DNA of 64,000 nucleotides from Parvibaculum sp. (GTDB taxonomy: Bacteria > Pseudomonadota > Alphaproteobacteria > Parvibaculales > Parvibaculaceae), in NCBI GenBank assembly GCA_019635965.1, contig JAHBYK010000003.1:10386-74385 (forward strand), given 5' to 3'. Shown here one piece after another: positions 11,182 through 20,436 of the stretch (position 1 is the stretch's first letter; each line of letters opens with the position of its first letter). The notes under the pieces are model-generated. The model was not told where the DNA came from, did no database searches, and saw only the letters and a list, made by a program, of their open reading frames with translations. A program made the position numbers and the translations under genes.

Positions 11182-11850
11182 GTGAACGAAACCGCGATCA
11201 TGGACGAAATCGAGCACGAGAAGATCGAACTCATCATGGGGCTGCGCAAGCAGGGCATCCGCGACAAGCGCGTGCTCTCCGCGATCGAGCGTGTGCCGCG
11301 CGAAAAATTCATTGCGGCGACATTCCGCAAGCAGGCCTATGAAGATCATGCGCTGCCGATTGAATGCGGGCAGACGATCAGCCAGCCCTATGTCGTTGCC
11401 TATATGACAGAGCAGCTTCATGTCGGCGAACGGATGAAGGTGCTGGAGGTCGGGACTGGGTCCGGCTATCAGGCGGCGGTTCTGGCGAAGCTCTGCCGGC
11501 GCGTCTACACGATCGAACGCTACCGAACGCTCCTCAACGACGCGGTGAAGCGATTCGACGAATTGCGTCTCCATAACATCACGGCAAAGGTCGGCGACGG
11601 AGCCAAGGGCTGGCCGGAGCAGGCGCCATTCGACCGGATCATCGTGACGGCGGCCGCGCCGGCCGTGCCGCAGGCGCTGGTCGATCAGTTGAAGGTTGGC
11701 GGTCTGATGATCGTTCCGGTTGGCTCTTCCGCGGGCCGGGGCGAGCAAAAGCTTGTGCGGATCGAGCGAACCGCCGAAGGTGTAAAGCGTGAAGAACTCC
11801 TGCCGGTGCGTTTCGTGCCGCTGGTCGAGGGTGTTGCCAAGGAGTCCTGA
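11182..11850 (+). CDS. pcm: Protein-L-isoaspartate O-methyltransferase
   Basis: GQTISQPYVVA, VLEVGTGSGYQ, APFDRIIVTAA and VRFVPL; alternative ATG at 11200. Confidence 0.96.
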   Translation: MNETAIMDEIEHEKIELIMGLRKQGIRDKRVLSAIERVPREKFIAATFRKQAYEDHALPIECGQTISQPYVVAYMTEQLHVGERMKVLEVGTGSGYQAAVLAKLCRRVYTIERYRTLLNDAVKRFDELRLHNITAKVGDGAKGWPEQAPFDRIIVTAAAPAVPQALVDQLKVGGLMIVPVGSSAGRGEQKLVRIERTAEGVKREELLPVRFVPLVEGVAKES

Positions 11851-11891
11851 ACGTCGGATTCTGATCCGGTTGCGGCGGTGAAAGAGGCCTG

Positions 11892-12893
11892 ATGGGACGG
11901 TTCGACGATAAGCTGAGGACGGTGCGGCGGGGGATGGCAGTCTCGCTGGCGCTGTTCCTTGCTGCCTGCGGCAGCGGCGAACGTCCCTGGTGGGACGAGG
12001 GGTCATCCGGCCGCTCCCCGTCTCCCGTCTCCCGGCCCATTGAAACGGCGCCTCTGGGCGGCAGCTATGTCGTGAAGCGGGGCGACTCCGTCTACAGCAT
12101 CGCCCGGGCGCATAATGTGCCGATGCGTTCGATCATCGACGCGAACCGGCTTTCCGCGCCCTACAATATCGAGGTCGGGCAGCGGCTGACGATACCCGCC
12201 GGGCGCTTCCACATCGTGCAGCGGGGCGAGACGGTTTCAGGCATTTCGCGTCAGTACAATGTGGGTGTGGCGGCGCTGACCAGTCTGAACCGGATACCGC
12301 CGCCCTATACGATCAAGGTCGGCGAGCGGCTCCAGATCCCGGCGTCGCAGCACCAGACTCAGACGGCATCCAGCTCCACGGCGCAAAGCGGGTCCGGCGT
12401 TCCGATGGCCCGGCCGGGCATGGCCGCAGGGACTGGAGCGGCCGTCGCCTCGCTGCCGCCCGCCGCTTCCACGCCGAACGTGCCCCGCGATCCGCTGCCC
12501 GCGCCGCCCGCAGCGACGGGCGGATTCCAGTGGCCCATCCAGGGCAAGATCCTTTCGACCTTCGGGCCGAAGGCGAATGGGCTCCACAATGACGGGATCA
12601 ATATCGCCGCGGAAATGGGCGCGCCGGTGAAGGCGGCGCAAAGCGGCGTCGTCGCCTATGCGGGCAACGAGCTCAAGGGCTATGGCAATCTGCTGCTCAT
12701 TCGCCACGACAATGGCTGGGTGACGGCCTATGCACATAACAGCAAGCTGCTGGTGAGCCGGGGCGACACGGTGATGCAGGGCCAGACGATTGCCCATGCC
12801 GGCAATACCGGCAGCGTGGTGACGCCTCAGGTCCATTTCGAAATACGGCAGGGCGCAAAAGCGATCGACCCGCAATCCGTGATCGGGATGTAG
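11892..12893 (+). CDS. nlpD: LysM(x2)-M23 lipoprotein, NlpD/DipM-like with degenerate LytM domain
   Basis: Lipobox LAAC, two LysM repeats and an M23 domain with degenerate Zn ligands (NDGIN, PQVHF); surE-pcm-nlpD synteny. Confidence 0.85.
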   Translation: MGRFDDKLRTVRRGMAVSLALFLAACGSGERPWWDEGSSGRSPSPVSRPIETAPLGGSYVVKRGDSVYSIARAHNVPMRSIIDANRLSAPYNIEVGQRLTIPAGRFHIVQRGETVSGISRQYNVGVAALTSLNRIPPPYTIKVGERLQIPASQHQTQTASSSTAQSGSGVPMARPGMAAGTGAAVASLPPAASTPNVPRDPLPAPPAATGGFQWPIQGKILSTFGPKANGLHNDGINIAAEMGAPVKAAQSGVVAYAGNELKGYGNLLLIRHDNGWVTAYAHNSKLLVSRGDTVMQGQTIAHAGNTGSVVTPQVHFEIRQGAKAIDPQSVIGM

Positions 12894-12901
12894 CTGGACG
12901 G

Positions 12902-13762
12902 TCAGCCGAGCGTCTGCCCGAGCCTTCCGGCAAGATCCTGAATGAACTGCCATGCGACGCGGCCGGAGCGCGCGCCGCGCGTTGCCGCCCATTCGATGGC
13001 TTCGGCTTCCAGCGCCTCGCGGCCGATCTTCAATCCGTAATGTTCCGCATATGACGCGACCATGCCGAGGTAATCGTCCTGGCTGCAATTATGGAAGCCG
13101 AGCCAAAGGCCGAAGCGGTCGGAGAGCGATACCTTTTCCTCGACAGCCTCGGAGGGATTGATCGCCGTGGAGCGTTCATTCTCCATCATGTCGCGGGGCA
13201 TCAGATGGCGCCGGTTCGATGTAGCGTAGAAGATCACATTGGCCGGGCGTCCCTCGATGCCGCCTTCGAGAACCGCTTTCAACGACTTGTAGCTCGTATC
13301 GTCACGGTCGAAGGAGAGGTCGTCGCAGAAGACGATGGCGCGGCGCCGTTGCCGGCGAAGCAGGGTCATGAGGCGGGGCAGGCTTTCGATATCCTCGCGG
13401 TGGATCTCGATCAGCATCAGGCTGTTCGGATTTTCCGCGTTCACGGCGGCATGGGCCGCCTTCACGAGCGAGCTTTTGCCCATGCCGCGCGCGCCCCAGA
13501 GAAGCGCGTTGTTGGCGGGCAGGCCGCGGGCAAAACGGCGCGTATTGTTGAGCAGGATGTCGCGCATCCTGTCGACGCCCCGGATGAGCGAGAGATCGAC
13601 CCGCGCAACATCGGGCACGGGAACGGGACGGCCCGTCTCGGCATTCCAGACGAAGGCATCGGCAGCATCGAAGCCCGGATCGGCGGGAGGGGGCGGTGAG
13701 AGCCTCTCCAGCGCTTCGGCGATACGCTTCAGGAGGGGCAGTCTATCCTGGTCTGAGGTCAT
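12902..13762 (-). CDS. DUF815-family AAA+ ATPase
   Basis: LLWGARGMGKSS Walker A, FCDDLSF Walker B, YATSNRRHL and EEKVSLSDRFGLW. Confidence 0.9.
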   Translation of the reverse strand: MTSDQDRLPLLKRIAEALERLSPPPPADPGFDAADAFVWNAETGRPVPVPDVARVDLSLIRGVDRMRDILLNNTRRFARGLPANNALLWGARGMGKSSLVKAAHAAVNAENPNSLMLIEIHREDIESLPRLMTLLRRQRRRAIVFCDDLSFDRDDTSYKSLKAVLEGGIEGRPANVIFYATSNRRHLMPRDMMENERSTAINPSEAVEEKVSLSDRFGLWLGFHNCSQDDYLGMVASYAEHYGLKIGREALEAEAIEWAATRGARSGRVAWQFIQDLAGRLGQTLG

Positions 13763-13887
13763 GAGCGGGCTTGGTCGCGGTTGCCTGGTCTATCGGGTGG
13801 AGCGGCACCGTAGCACCCCGCAGCCGGACCGGAAAACTCTCTATATCCAAAAACTTGGCTCTTGCGGGGCCGGCCGGCCGGTTCGGT

Positions 13888-13915
13888 TTGCAAATGGCCT
13901 TGGCGCCGGTATAGT
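13888..13915 (+). promoter_or_regulatory. Putative sigma70 promoter of yajC-secDF
   Basis: TTGCAA-N16-TATAGT, about 70 nt upstream of the yajC ATG. Confidence 0.5.
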
Positions 13916-13987
13916 CCCGCGCAATCAGGCGATTTGCGGCCCCTGTCCAACAGGTTTCGCCGCACCGGAAGCGAACAGGAGATTTTG

Positions 13988-14299
13988 ATGGGCGGCGGTA
14001 CCAGTGAATTCTTGCTCAATATTTTCCCGCTGCTCGCGTTTTTCGCGATCATGTATTTCCTGCTCATCCGGCCGCAGATGCGCCGGGCGAAAGAGCACAG
14101 GGAAATGGTGGCAAATGTCCGCCGGGGCGATGTTGTGGTGACGGCGGGCGGTATCGTCGGCAAGGTCACCAAGGTCGAGGACAGCGAAGCAACGGTCGAA
14201 ATCGCCGAGAATGTCAGGGTCCGCGTCGTGAAGAGCACGCTGGCCGATGTGCGCTCGAAGTCCGAGCCTGTGCCCGCGAACACGAACACGCCTTCGTAA
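13988..14299 (+). CDS. yajC: Preprotein translocase subunit YajC
   Basis: MYFLLIRPQ and GDVVVTAGGIVG; AGGAG Shine-Dalgarno before ATG 13988. Confidence 0.95.
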   Translation: MGGGTSEFLLNIFPLLAFFAIMYFLLIRPQMRRAKEHREMVANVRRGDVVVTAGGIVGKVTKVEDSEATVEIAENVRVRVVKSTLADVRSKSEPVPANTNTPS

Positions 14300-14338
14300 T
14301 CGCGAAACGGAACCTCCGGGGAGGGGGCTGAGGACGAA

Positions 14339-15946
14339 ATGCTCTATTTCGAACGCTGGAAGGTCGTGCTGATCGTGCTGCTCTGCTTTGCGGGGCTCGC
14401 CTATTCGGCACCCAATTTCGTTCCGAAAGCACAGCTCGAGAATGTGCCGGGCTGGCTGCCGAACAAGCAGATCAATCTCGGTCTCGACCTGCGCGGCGGC
14501 TCCTACATGCTGCTCGGCCTCGACACACGGGGGCTCGAACATTCGCGCTTGCAGGATCTGGTGAACGAAGTTCGCAATGCCCTGCGCGATGTGCGCGTGC
14601 CCTATACCGGCCTCGGCATTCAGGGTGGCATGGTCACTGTCACCATCACGCGCGCCGAAGACGTGGAAAAGGCGCGAGTGGCGATCGACAATCTTGCGAC
14701 CACCGTTTCGGGCAATGTGTTTTCGGGTCTGCCGGAACGCGACCTGCTCGTGAACGCAACAGGCCAGCGCATCGACGTGTCGGTTACGGAAGCTGCCAAG
14801 CTCGCACAGCTTCAGGCGGCGGTGCAGCAATCCATTGAGATCGTGCGGCGCCGTATCGACGAGCTTGGCACGACCGAGCCGGTCATCCAGCGTCAGGGGG
14901 CCGACCGGATTCTCGTGCAGGTTCCCGGCCTCGAAGATCCGCAGCAGTTGAAGGAACTGCTCGGGCGTACCGCGCGAATGAACTTCCGTCTGGTCAGCAA
15001 CGCCATGTCGGCGCAACAGGCGATTGCGACGCGCACCGTTCCTGCCGGCACTGAAATTCTCTATTCGGCGGAAGAGCCTCGCGAGCCTTATCTCGTCGAG
15101 CGCCGCATCATGGTCGGCGGCGACCGGCTGCGCGACGCGAGCCCCGGATTCGATCAGCGCACCGGACAGCCGGTCGTCAATTTCCGGTTCGACTCGATTG
15201 GCGGGCGCCAGTTCGGGGAAGTGACGCGAGAGAATGTCGGACGGCCATTCGCCATCGTGCTGGACAATGAAGTGATCAGCGCGCCGCGCATCAACGAACC
15301 GATCCTTGGCGACTCGGGACAGATCAGCGGCAATTTCACGGTTCAGGAAGCGACGAACCTCGCCATTCTGCTGCGTTCGGGTGCGCTGCCCGTGGACATC
15401 ACCATTCTGGAGGAGCGGACCGTCGGGCCGGGCCTCGGCGCGGACTCGATCGCAGCCGGCGAGATTGCCGCGTTGATCGGTGCCGCTGCGGTGGTGGTCT
15501 TCATGATCGCGAGCTATGGCTTCTTTGGCGTTCTTGCTGTGGCTGCGCTCGTGCTGAACGTCTTGATGCTGTTCGGCATACTTTCCATTTTGCAGGCGAC
15601 GCTGACCTTGCCCGGCATCGCCGGCATCGTGCTGACGATCGGCATGGCCGTTGACGCCAACGTGCTTATCTATGAGCGAATAAGAGAGGAAGTCCTGGCC
15701 GGCAAGGGACCAGTGCCTGCCATCGAAACAGGCTACAACAAGGCCCTTTCGTCGATCCTCGATGCGAATATCACTACGCTGATTTCTGCTGCGATCCTGT
15801 TCCAGATGGGAACCGGTCCCGTGCGCGGCTTTGCCGTGACACTCGCAATCGGCATCATCACCTCCGTCTTCACGGCCTATACCGTGAATCGCCTGATGAT
15901 TTCGGTCTGGCTGCGCCGCAGCCGGCCGAAGGCGATCGTTCTGTAA
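14339..15946 (+). CDS. secD: Protein translocase subunit SecD
   Basis: NLGLDLRGG, RRIDELGTTEP, LLRSGALP and GMAVDANVLIYERIREE. Confidence 0.98.
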   Translation: MLYFERWKVVLIVLLCFAGLAYSAPNFVPKAQLENVPGWLPNKQINLGLDLRGGSYMLLGLDTRGLEHSRLQDLVNEVRNALRDVRVPYTGLGIQGGMVTVTITRAEDVEKARVAIDNLATTVSGNVFSGLPERDLLVNATGQRIDVSVTEAAKLAQLQAAVQQSIEIVRRRIDELGTTEPVIQRQGADRILVQVPGLEDPQQLKELLGRTARMNFRLVSNAMSAQQAIATRTVPAGTEILYSAEEPREPYLVERRIMVGGDRLRDASPGFDQRTGQPVVNFRFDSIGGRQFGEVTRENVGRPFAIVLDNEVISAPRINEPILGDSGQISGNFTVQEATNLAILLRSGALPVDITILEERTVGPGLGADSIAAGEIAALIGAAAVVVFMIASYGFFGVLAVAALVLNVLMLFGILSILQATLTLPGIAGIVLTIGMAVDANVLIYERIREEVLAGKGPVPAIETGYNKALSSILDANITTLISAAILFQMGTGPVRGFAVTLAIGIITSVFTAYTVNRLMISVWLRRSRPKAIVL

Positions 15947-15967
15947 CGCCGGGAGAGAGAATTCGTC

Positions 15968-16918
15968 ATGCGCCTTCTGAAGCTCATCCCCGACGATACG
16001 CATATTCCCTTCGTGAAGTGGCGACATATTGCCGTGTCGCTGTCGGTGATTGTGGTGGTCGCTTCGGCCATTCTGCTTTTCACGCGCGGCCTTCATTTCG
16101 GCATCGACTTCACGGGCGGTATCCTGATCGAAATTTCGACGGACGGGCCTGCGGATATTGCCGAGCTGCGACGGGACCTTGGCGGCCTGGGGCTCGGCGA
16201 AATCCAGATACAGGAATTCGGTCAGGCCGACGATGTGCTGATCCGTGTTCAGGCGCCCGACAGCGAAGATGAGGCTGCTTCGCAGCGCGTCGTCGATATG
16301 GTCAAGGCCGAGCTTGGCGACCGTGCCGTGGAATATCGCCGCGTCGAAGTGGTGGGCCCGCAGGTCAGCGGTGAGCTCGTGCAGGACGGTATTCTTGCCG
16401 TCGTGATCGCGGTTGTGCTGATGCTGATCTATATCTGGTTCCGCTTCGAATGGCAGTTTGCGCTCGGGTCCGTCATTTCGCTGATCCACGACGTAATGGC
16501 GACCATCGGCGTTTTCTGCATCCTGCAACTCGAGTTCAACCTTGCCTCGATTGCGGCGCTTCTCACCATCGTCGGTTATTCGATGAACGATACCGTCATC
16601 GTCTATGACCGCATCCGCGAGAATTTGCGGAAGTACAAGAAGATGGATCTGAGTGAGCTGCTCGATCTTTCGATCAACCAGACATTGTCGCGCACGATCA
16701 TGACATCGGGAACGACGCTGCTGGCACTGGCGGCCTTGTTCATCTTCGGTGGCGCCGTTCTGCGCGATTTCACCTTCGCCATGATCTTCGGCATTTTTGT
16801 CGGCACCTACTCGTCGATCTTTGTCGGGGCTCCGGTCCTGCTCGCGATCGGCGTCAACCGGGATGGCTCCGGCGGCGCGGCGCAGACGGCCAAGGAGAGC
16901 GCCGCGGGCAAGGCGTGA
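15968..16918 (+). CDS. secF: Protein translocase subunit SecF
   Basis: GIDFTGG, VGPQVS, HDV, GYSMNDTVIVYDRIRE and GTYSSIF. Confidence 0.98.
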   Translation: MRLLKLIPDDTHIPFVKWRHIAVSLSVIVVVASAILLFTRGLHFGIDFTGGILIEISTDGPADIAELRRDLGGLGLGEIQIQEFGQADDVLIRVQAPDSEDEAASQRVVDMVKAELGDRAVEYRRVEVVGPQVSGELVQDGILAVVIAVVLMLIYIWFRFEWQFALGSVISLIHDVMATIGVFCILQLEFNLASIAALLTIVGYSMNDTVIVYDRIRENLRKYKKMDLSELLDLSINQTLSRTIMTSGTTLLALAALFIFGGAVLRDFTFAMIFGIFVGTYSSIFVGAPVLLAIGVNRDGSGGAAQTAKESAAGKA

Positions 16919-16922
16919 GGTG

Positions 16923-17297
16923 ATGGCCACACGCCCTCGTTTCGACGGACAGCCCTATGTGGATGCCTATGGCGAAGGCGGCTTCCGCCTCGCGGGGCAA
17001 CGCTTCGAAGGATCGGTGCTGATTACGCCGCGCGGGCTCTTTCCCTGGCCGCTCCGCTCAATCGAAGAGGCAAGTGTGGCTTCGTTTGCGCCCGTTCTGG
17101 ACGCATCTTCCGAATTCGATTTCCTGATCGTGGGTAGCGGGGGCGAGACCGCCTTTCTGCCGGCTGCCGTCCGGCGCTATCTCGAATCGAATACGATCTT
17201 TCCCGATGTCATGGCGACCGGGCCAGCCTGCCGCACCTACAATCTCATGCTGTCGGAAAATCGCCGGGTTGCGGCGGCCCTCATTGCCGTCGCGTAA
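16923..17297 (+). CDS. Mth938-like (DUF498/NDUFAF3-like) protein
   Basis: YGEGGFRLAG..FEGSVL and MATGPACRTYNLMLSENRRVAAAL; GAGG Shine-Dalgarno. Confidence 0.9.
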   Translation: MATRPRFDGQPYVDAYGEGGFRLAGQRFEGSVLITPRGLFPWPLRSIEEASVASFAPVLDASSEFDFLIVGSGGETAFLPAAVRRYLESNTIFPDVMATGPACRTYNLMLSENRRVAAALIAVA

Positions 17298-17469
17298 AGT
17301 CCCATCGCCGGGCTTGGCTTTTCGGCCGGAAGCTCCTAGCTTTCTCGCAGTTTCGCGACACTGAGTCGCAGATAAAAAGGGGACACGCCGACTGGGGCTT
17401 TATGGGGCTTGGCCCGTTGTCCCTGCTGGCCGCCCAGGCGGCGAATGGCAACCGGAAGGGGAAGATTTC

Positions 17470-18084
17470 ATGGCATCGATTCTCACATCCCTGCGAAACA
17501 CGGTGATTGCCGGTTTCGTGCTCGCGGCGGTTCTGCTGCTGCTTTATCTCAACTGGAACGACTGGGACGGCGCGGCGCTCGGCCATGCGTTCTGGGCCTT
17601 CGTCTTCCGCTGGCTGCATGTGGTCAGCGGTGTGATGTGGATCGGTCTGCTCTGGTATTTCAACTTCGTGCAGATTCCGTCCATGCCGAAGATTCCCGAC
17701 GAGCAGAAGCCGGCCGTGAGCAAGGTGATCGCGCCGACCGCCCTTTTCTGGTTCCGCTGGGGCGCGATGTCGACCATCATCACCGGTATCATCCTCGCCA
17801 TGATGAACGGCTATCTGATTTCGGCTTACACGCTTGGCGCCGTTGAAGGCTTTGCGGTTCCGAAGAACATCGCGATCGGTATCGGCATGTGGCTCGGCAC
17901 GATCATGTGGTTCAACGTCTGGTTCGTGATCTGGCCGAACCAGAAGATTGCACTCGGGATCATCGACGCGCCGGCCGAGCAGAAGCCCGCCGCCGCGCGC
18001 ACCGCGATGCTTTTCTCGCGCACCAACACGATGCTTTCCGTGCCCATGCTGTTTTCCATGGTCGCGGCGCAGAACATCTACTGA
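17470..18084 (+). CDS. PuuD/Urate_ox_N-like integral membrane protein
   Basis: FRWLHVVSGVMWIGLLWYFNFVQ, LFWFRWGA, FNVWFVIWPNQK and SRTNTMLS; multiple TM helices; no CxxCH. Confidence 0.75.
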   Translation: MASILTSLRNTVIAGFVLAAVLLLLYLNWNDWDGAALGHAFWAFVFRWLHVVSGVMWIGLLWYFNFVQIPSMPKIPDEQKPAVSKVIAPTALFWFRWGAMSTIITGIILAMMNGYLISAYTLGAVEGFAVPKNIAIGIGMWLGTIMWFNVWFVIWPNQKIALGIIDAPAEQKPAAARTAMLFSRTNTMLSVPMLFSMVAAQNIY

Positions 18085-18104
18085 TCCCGGAAACGGGACC
18101 GATG

Positions 18105-18139
18105 AGCGGGGCCGCCTTGATGGCGGCCCCGTTTGCTTT
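18105..18139 (+). terminator. Intrinsic terminator
   Basis: GCGGGGCCGCC-TTGAT-GGCGGCCCCGT followed by TTGCTTT. Confidence 0.7.
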
Positions 18140-18177
18140 GAGGTGTGTGCATGGCGGTACGGCAAGGAAGCGCGAGC

Positions 18178-18999
18178 ATGGCGGCGAGCCTCGAAGAGGT
18201 GCGCGCGCATGACAATGACCGTTTTCTGACGCTGTTGTTCGTTCCTCCGGCCAAACGGCCGGCGCTCACCGCGCTTTATGCCTTCAATATCGAGATTGCG
18301 CGCATCCCGGAAGCCGTCACCGAGCCGATGATGGGACATATCCGGCTCCAATGGTGGCGCGAAACGATTGAAGGATTGCCGGGCGGCGAGACGCGCGGCC
18401 ATCCTGCCGCGGAGGCACTTCATGAGGCGGGCGGTATTCCATTCGGCAAGCTGCAGACGCTGATCGATGCGCGGGAGCGCGACCTGTCGGACGAAGCCTT
18501 TCCCGATATTGGCGCGCTCGAGGACTATGCCGGGCAGACATCGTCGGCCCTCATGGCGATTGCGGGAGAAATTCTCGCAGGCGAGGCCGAAGTGCATGAT
18601 GCTGTGGCGGAAATCCATCATGCCGGTATCGCCTATGCGTTCACCGGGATCCTGCGCGCGCTGCCGGTTCATGCCTCGCAGGGGCGATTGCTTCTGTCCG
18701 CGGATATTCTCGGGCGGCACAATGTCGATCCGCATGATGTTCTGGCTGGGCGGATGACGGATGGCCTGCGCGCGGCTATGGCCGAACTGGCAAATGCGGC
18801 GCGGGATCACCTGGCAGCGGCGCGCTCGCGCTCTTTCAATGCGGCACTTCTTCCGGCGCTGCTGCCTGTGTCGCTTTGCGACCGCTATCTCGATCTGATG
18901 ACAAGGCCCGATTTTGATCCGTTCAGGCATCCGGTCGAGGTTCCGGCCTTCCGGCGGCAACTGCGCCTGCTCGGGCGTAGCCTTGTCAGGCGGATCTGA
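18178..18999 (+). CDS. Squalene/phytoene synthase-family protein (NDUFAF6-like)
   Basis: ALYAFNIEIARI...EPMMGHIRLQWWRE; DDxxD motifs not evident. Confidence 0.82.
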   Translation: MAASLEEVRAHDNDRFLTLLFVPPAKRPALTALYAFNIEIARIPEAVTEPMMGHIRLQWWRETIEGLPGGETRGHPAAEALHEAGGIPFGKLQTLIDARERDLSDEAFPDIGALEDYAGQTSSALMAIAGEILAGEAEVHDAVAEIHHAGIAYAFTGILRALPVHASQGRLLLSADILGRHNVDPHDVLAGRMTDGLRAAMAELANAARDHLAAARSRSFNAALLPALLPVSLCDRYLDLMTRPDFDPFRHPVEVPAFRRQLRLLGRSLVRRI

Positions 19000-20409
19000 C
19001 TATTCGGCGGCACGCGCGGCCGGGTCGAGCCAACCGTCAAGGTCTCGCAATGCGCGGGATGTATAGGCGCGTTTCCGCGCCGGGGCCTTTGCCTTGCCGC
19101 GGGGGCGCTTGCCGTTTTCATCGCGCGGCACTTCGGGCTCGGGAAAGAGGCCGAAATTGACGTTCATCGGCTGGAAGGTCGCGGCGTTCGCATCGCCGGT
19201 GATATGGGCAAGCAGCGCGCCGAGCGCGGTCGTGCGGGGCGGCGGCACAACGGCGCGGCCCAGCCTTTCGGCAGCGGCGAAGCGACCGGCGAGAATGCCC
19301 ATCGCGCCGCTTTCGACATAGCCCTCGACGCCGGTGATCTGCCCCGCGAAGCGCAAACGCGGCTCGCGCTCCAGCCGCATGATGCCGTCGAGCTGGTTCG
19401 GGCTGTTGATGAAAGTGTTGCGGTGGAGACCGCCAAGCCGCGCGAACTCCGCATTTTCGAGGCCCGGAATGGTGCGGAAGATGCGCGTCTGTTCGCCATG
19501 CTTCAGCTTCGTCTGGAAGCCGACCATGTTGTAGAGCGTGCCGAGCTTGTTGTCCTGGCGAAGCTGCACGACGGCATAGGGCTTCACATCGGGCGCATGC
19601 GGATTGGTGAGGCCGACGGGCTTCATCGGGCCGAAGCGCAGTGTCTCCGCGCCGCGTTCCGCCATGACTTCGATGGGCAGACAGCCGTCGAAATAGGGCG
19701 TCGACTTCTCCCACTCCTTGAATTCGGTCTTGCCGCCTGCAAGAAGCTCCGCGACGAAAGCGTCATATTGCTCGCGCGTCATCGGGCAGTTGATGTAGTC
19801 CTTGCCCACGCCTGCCGGGCCTGACGCGCCCGCGCTTTCCTTGTCATAGCGCGACTGGAACCAGCAAACCGACATGTCGATGCTGTCGCGATAGACGATC
19901 GGCGCGATGGCATCGAAGAAGGCAAGTTCGTCAGCGCCGGTGAGTTCGCTGATAGCCTTGCAGAGCGCGTCGGAGGTGAGCGGGCCGGTCGCCACGATCA
20001 CGCTGTCCCAGTCCTTCGGCGGCAGGCCCGCAATTTCGCCGCGCTCGACGGTGACAAGCGGATGCCCGGTGAGTTTCTTCGTGACGTAGTCCGAGAAGAT
20101 GTCGCGGTCCACGGCCAGCGCGCCGCCGGCGGGCACCCGAGCAATTTCGGCCGCCTCCATCATGATCGAGCCCGAGCGGCGCATCTCCTCGTGCAACAGG
20201 CCGACGGCATTCAGCTCCGGATCGTCCGAGCGGAAGGAATTGGAGCAGACGAGTTCGGCGAAGCCGTCCGTCTGGTGGGCGTCCGTTTTCACCAAGGGCC
20301 GCATCTCGTGCAGCACCACGGGCACGCCCGCCTGAACAAGCTGCCATGTGGCTTCGGAGCCCGCCATGCCGGCGCCGATGATGTGAACGGGGGCGATGTC
20401 CTTCGTCAT
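19000..20409 (-). CDS. trmFO: FAD-dependent tRNA m5U54 methyltransferase
   Basis: [38 protein letters not shown] and [10 protein letters not shown]. Confidence 0.97.
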   Translation of the reverse strand: MTKDIAPVHIIGAGMAGSEATWQLVQAGVPVVLHEMRPLVKTDAHQTDGFAELVCSNSFRSDDPELNAVGLLHEEMRRSGSIMMEAAEIARVPAGGALAVDRDIFSDYVTKKLTGHPLVTVERGEIAGLPPKDWDSVIVATGPLTSDALCKAISELTGADELAFFDAIAPIVYRDSIDMSVCWFQSRYDKESAGASGPAGVGKDYINCPMTREQYDAFVAELLAGGKTEFKEWEKSTPYFDGCLPIEVMAERGAETLRFGPMKPVGLTNPHAPDVKPYAVVQLRQDNKLGTLYNMVGFQTKLKHGEQTRIFRTIPGLENAEFARLGGLHRNTFINSPNQLDGIMRLEREPRLRFAGQITGVEGYVESGAMGILAGRFAAAERLGRAVVPPPRTTALGALLAHITGDANAATFQPMNVNFGLFPEPEVPRDENGKRPRGKAKAPARKRAYTSRALRDLDGWLDPAARAAE

Positions 20410-20436
20410 GGGCGAGGAAATAGCACTCCCGCCTGC

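Noticed and set aside
13763-14338. Possible ApdP/RAPP-type arrest peptide upstream of secDF
   Set aside because: The upstream gene is a normal yajC, and I saw no RAPP/RAGP-ending leader.
13925-16930. 1001-aa antisense ORF over yajC-secD-secF, and similar long antisense ORFs over dgt, argS, gyrA, cysNC, the amidases and the thiolase
   Set aside because: Shadow ORFs caused by high-GC codon bias. They mirror well-supported genes on the opposite strand and show no recognisable motifs.
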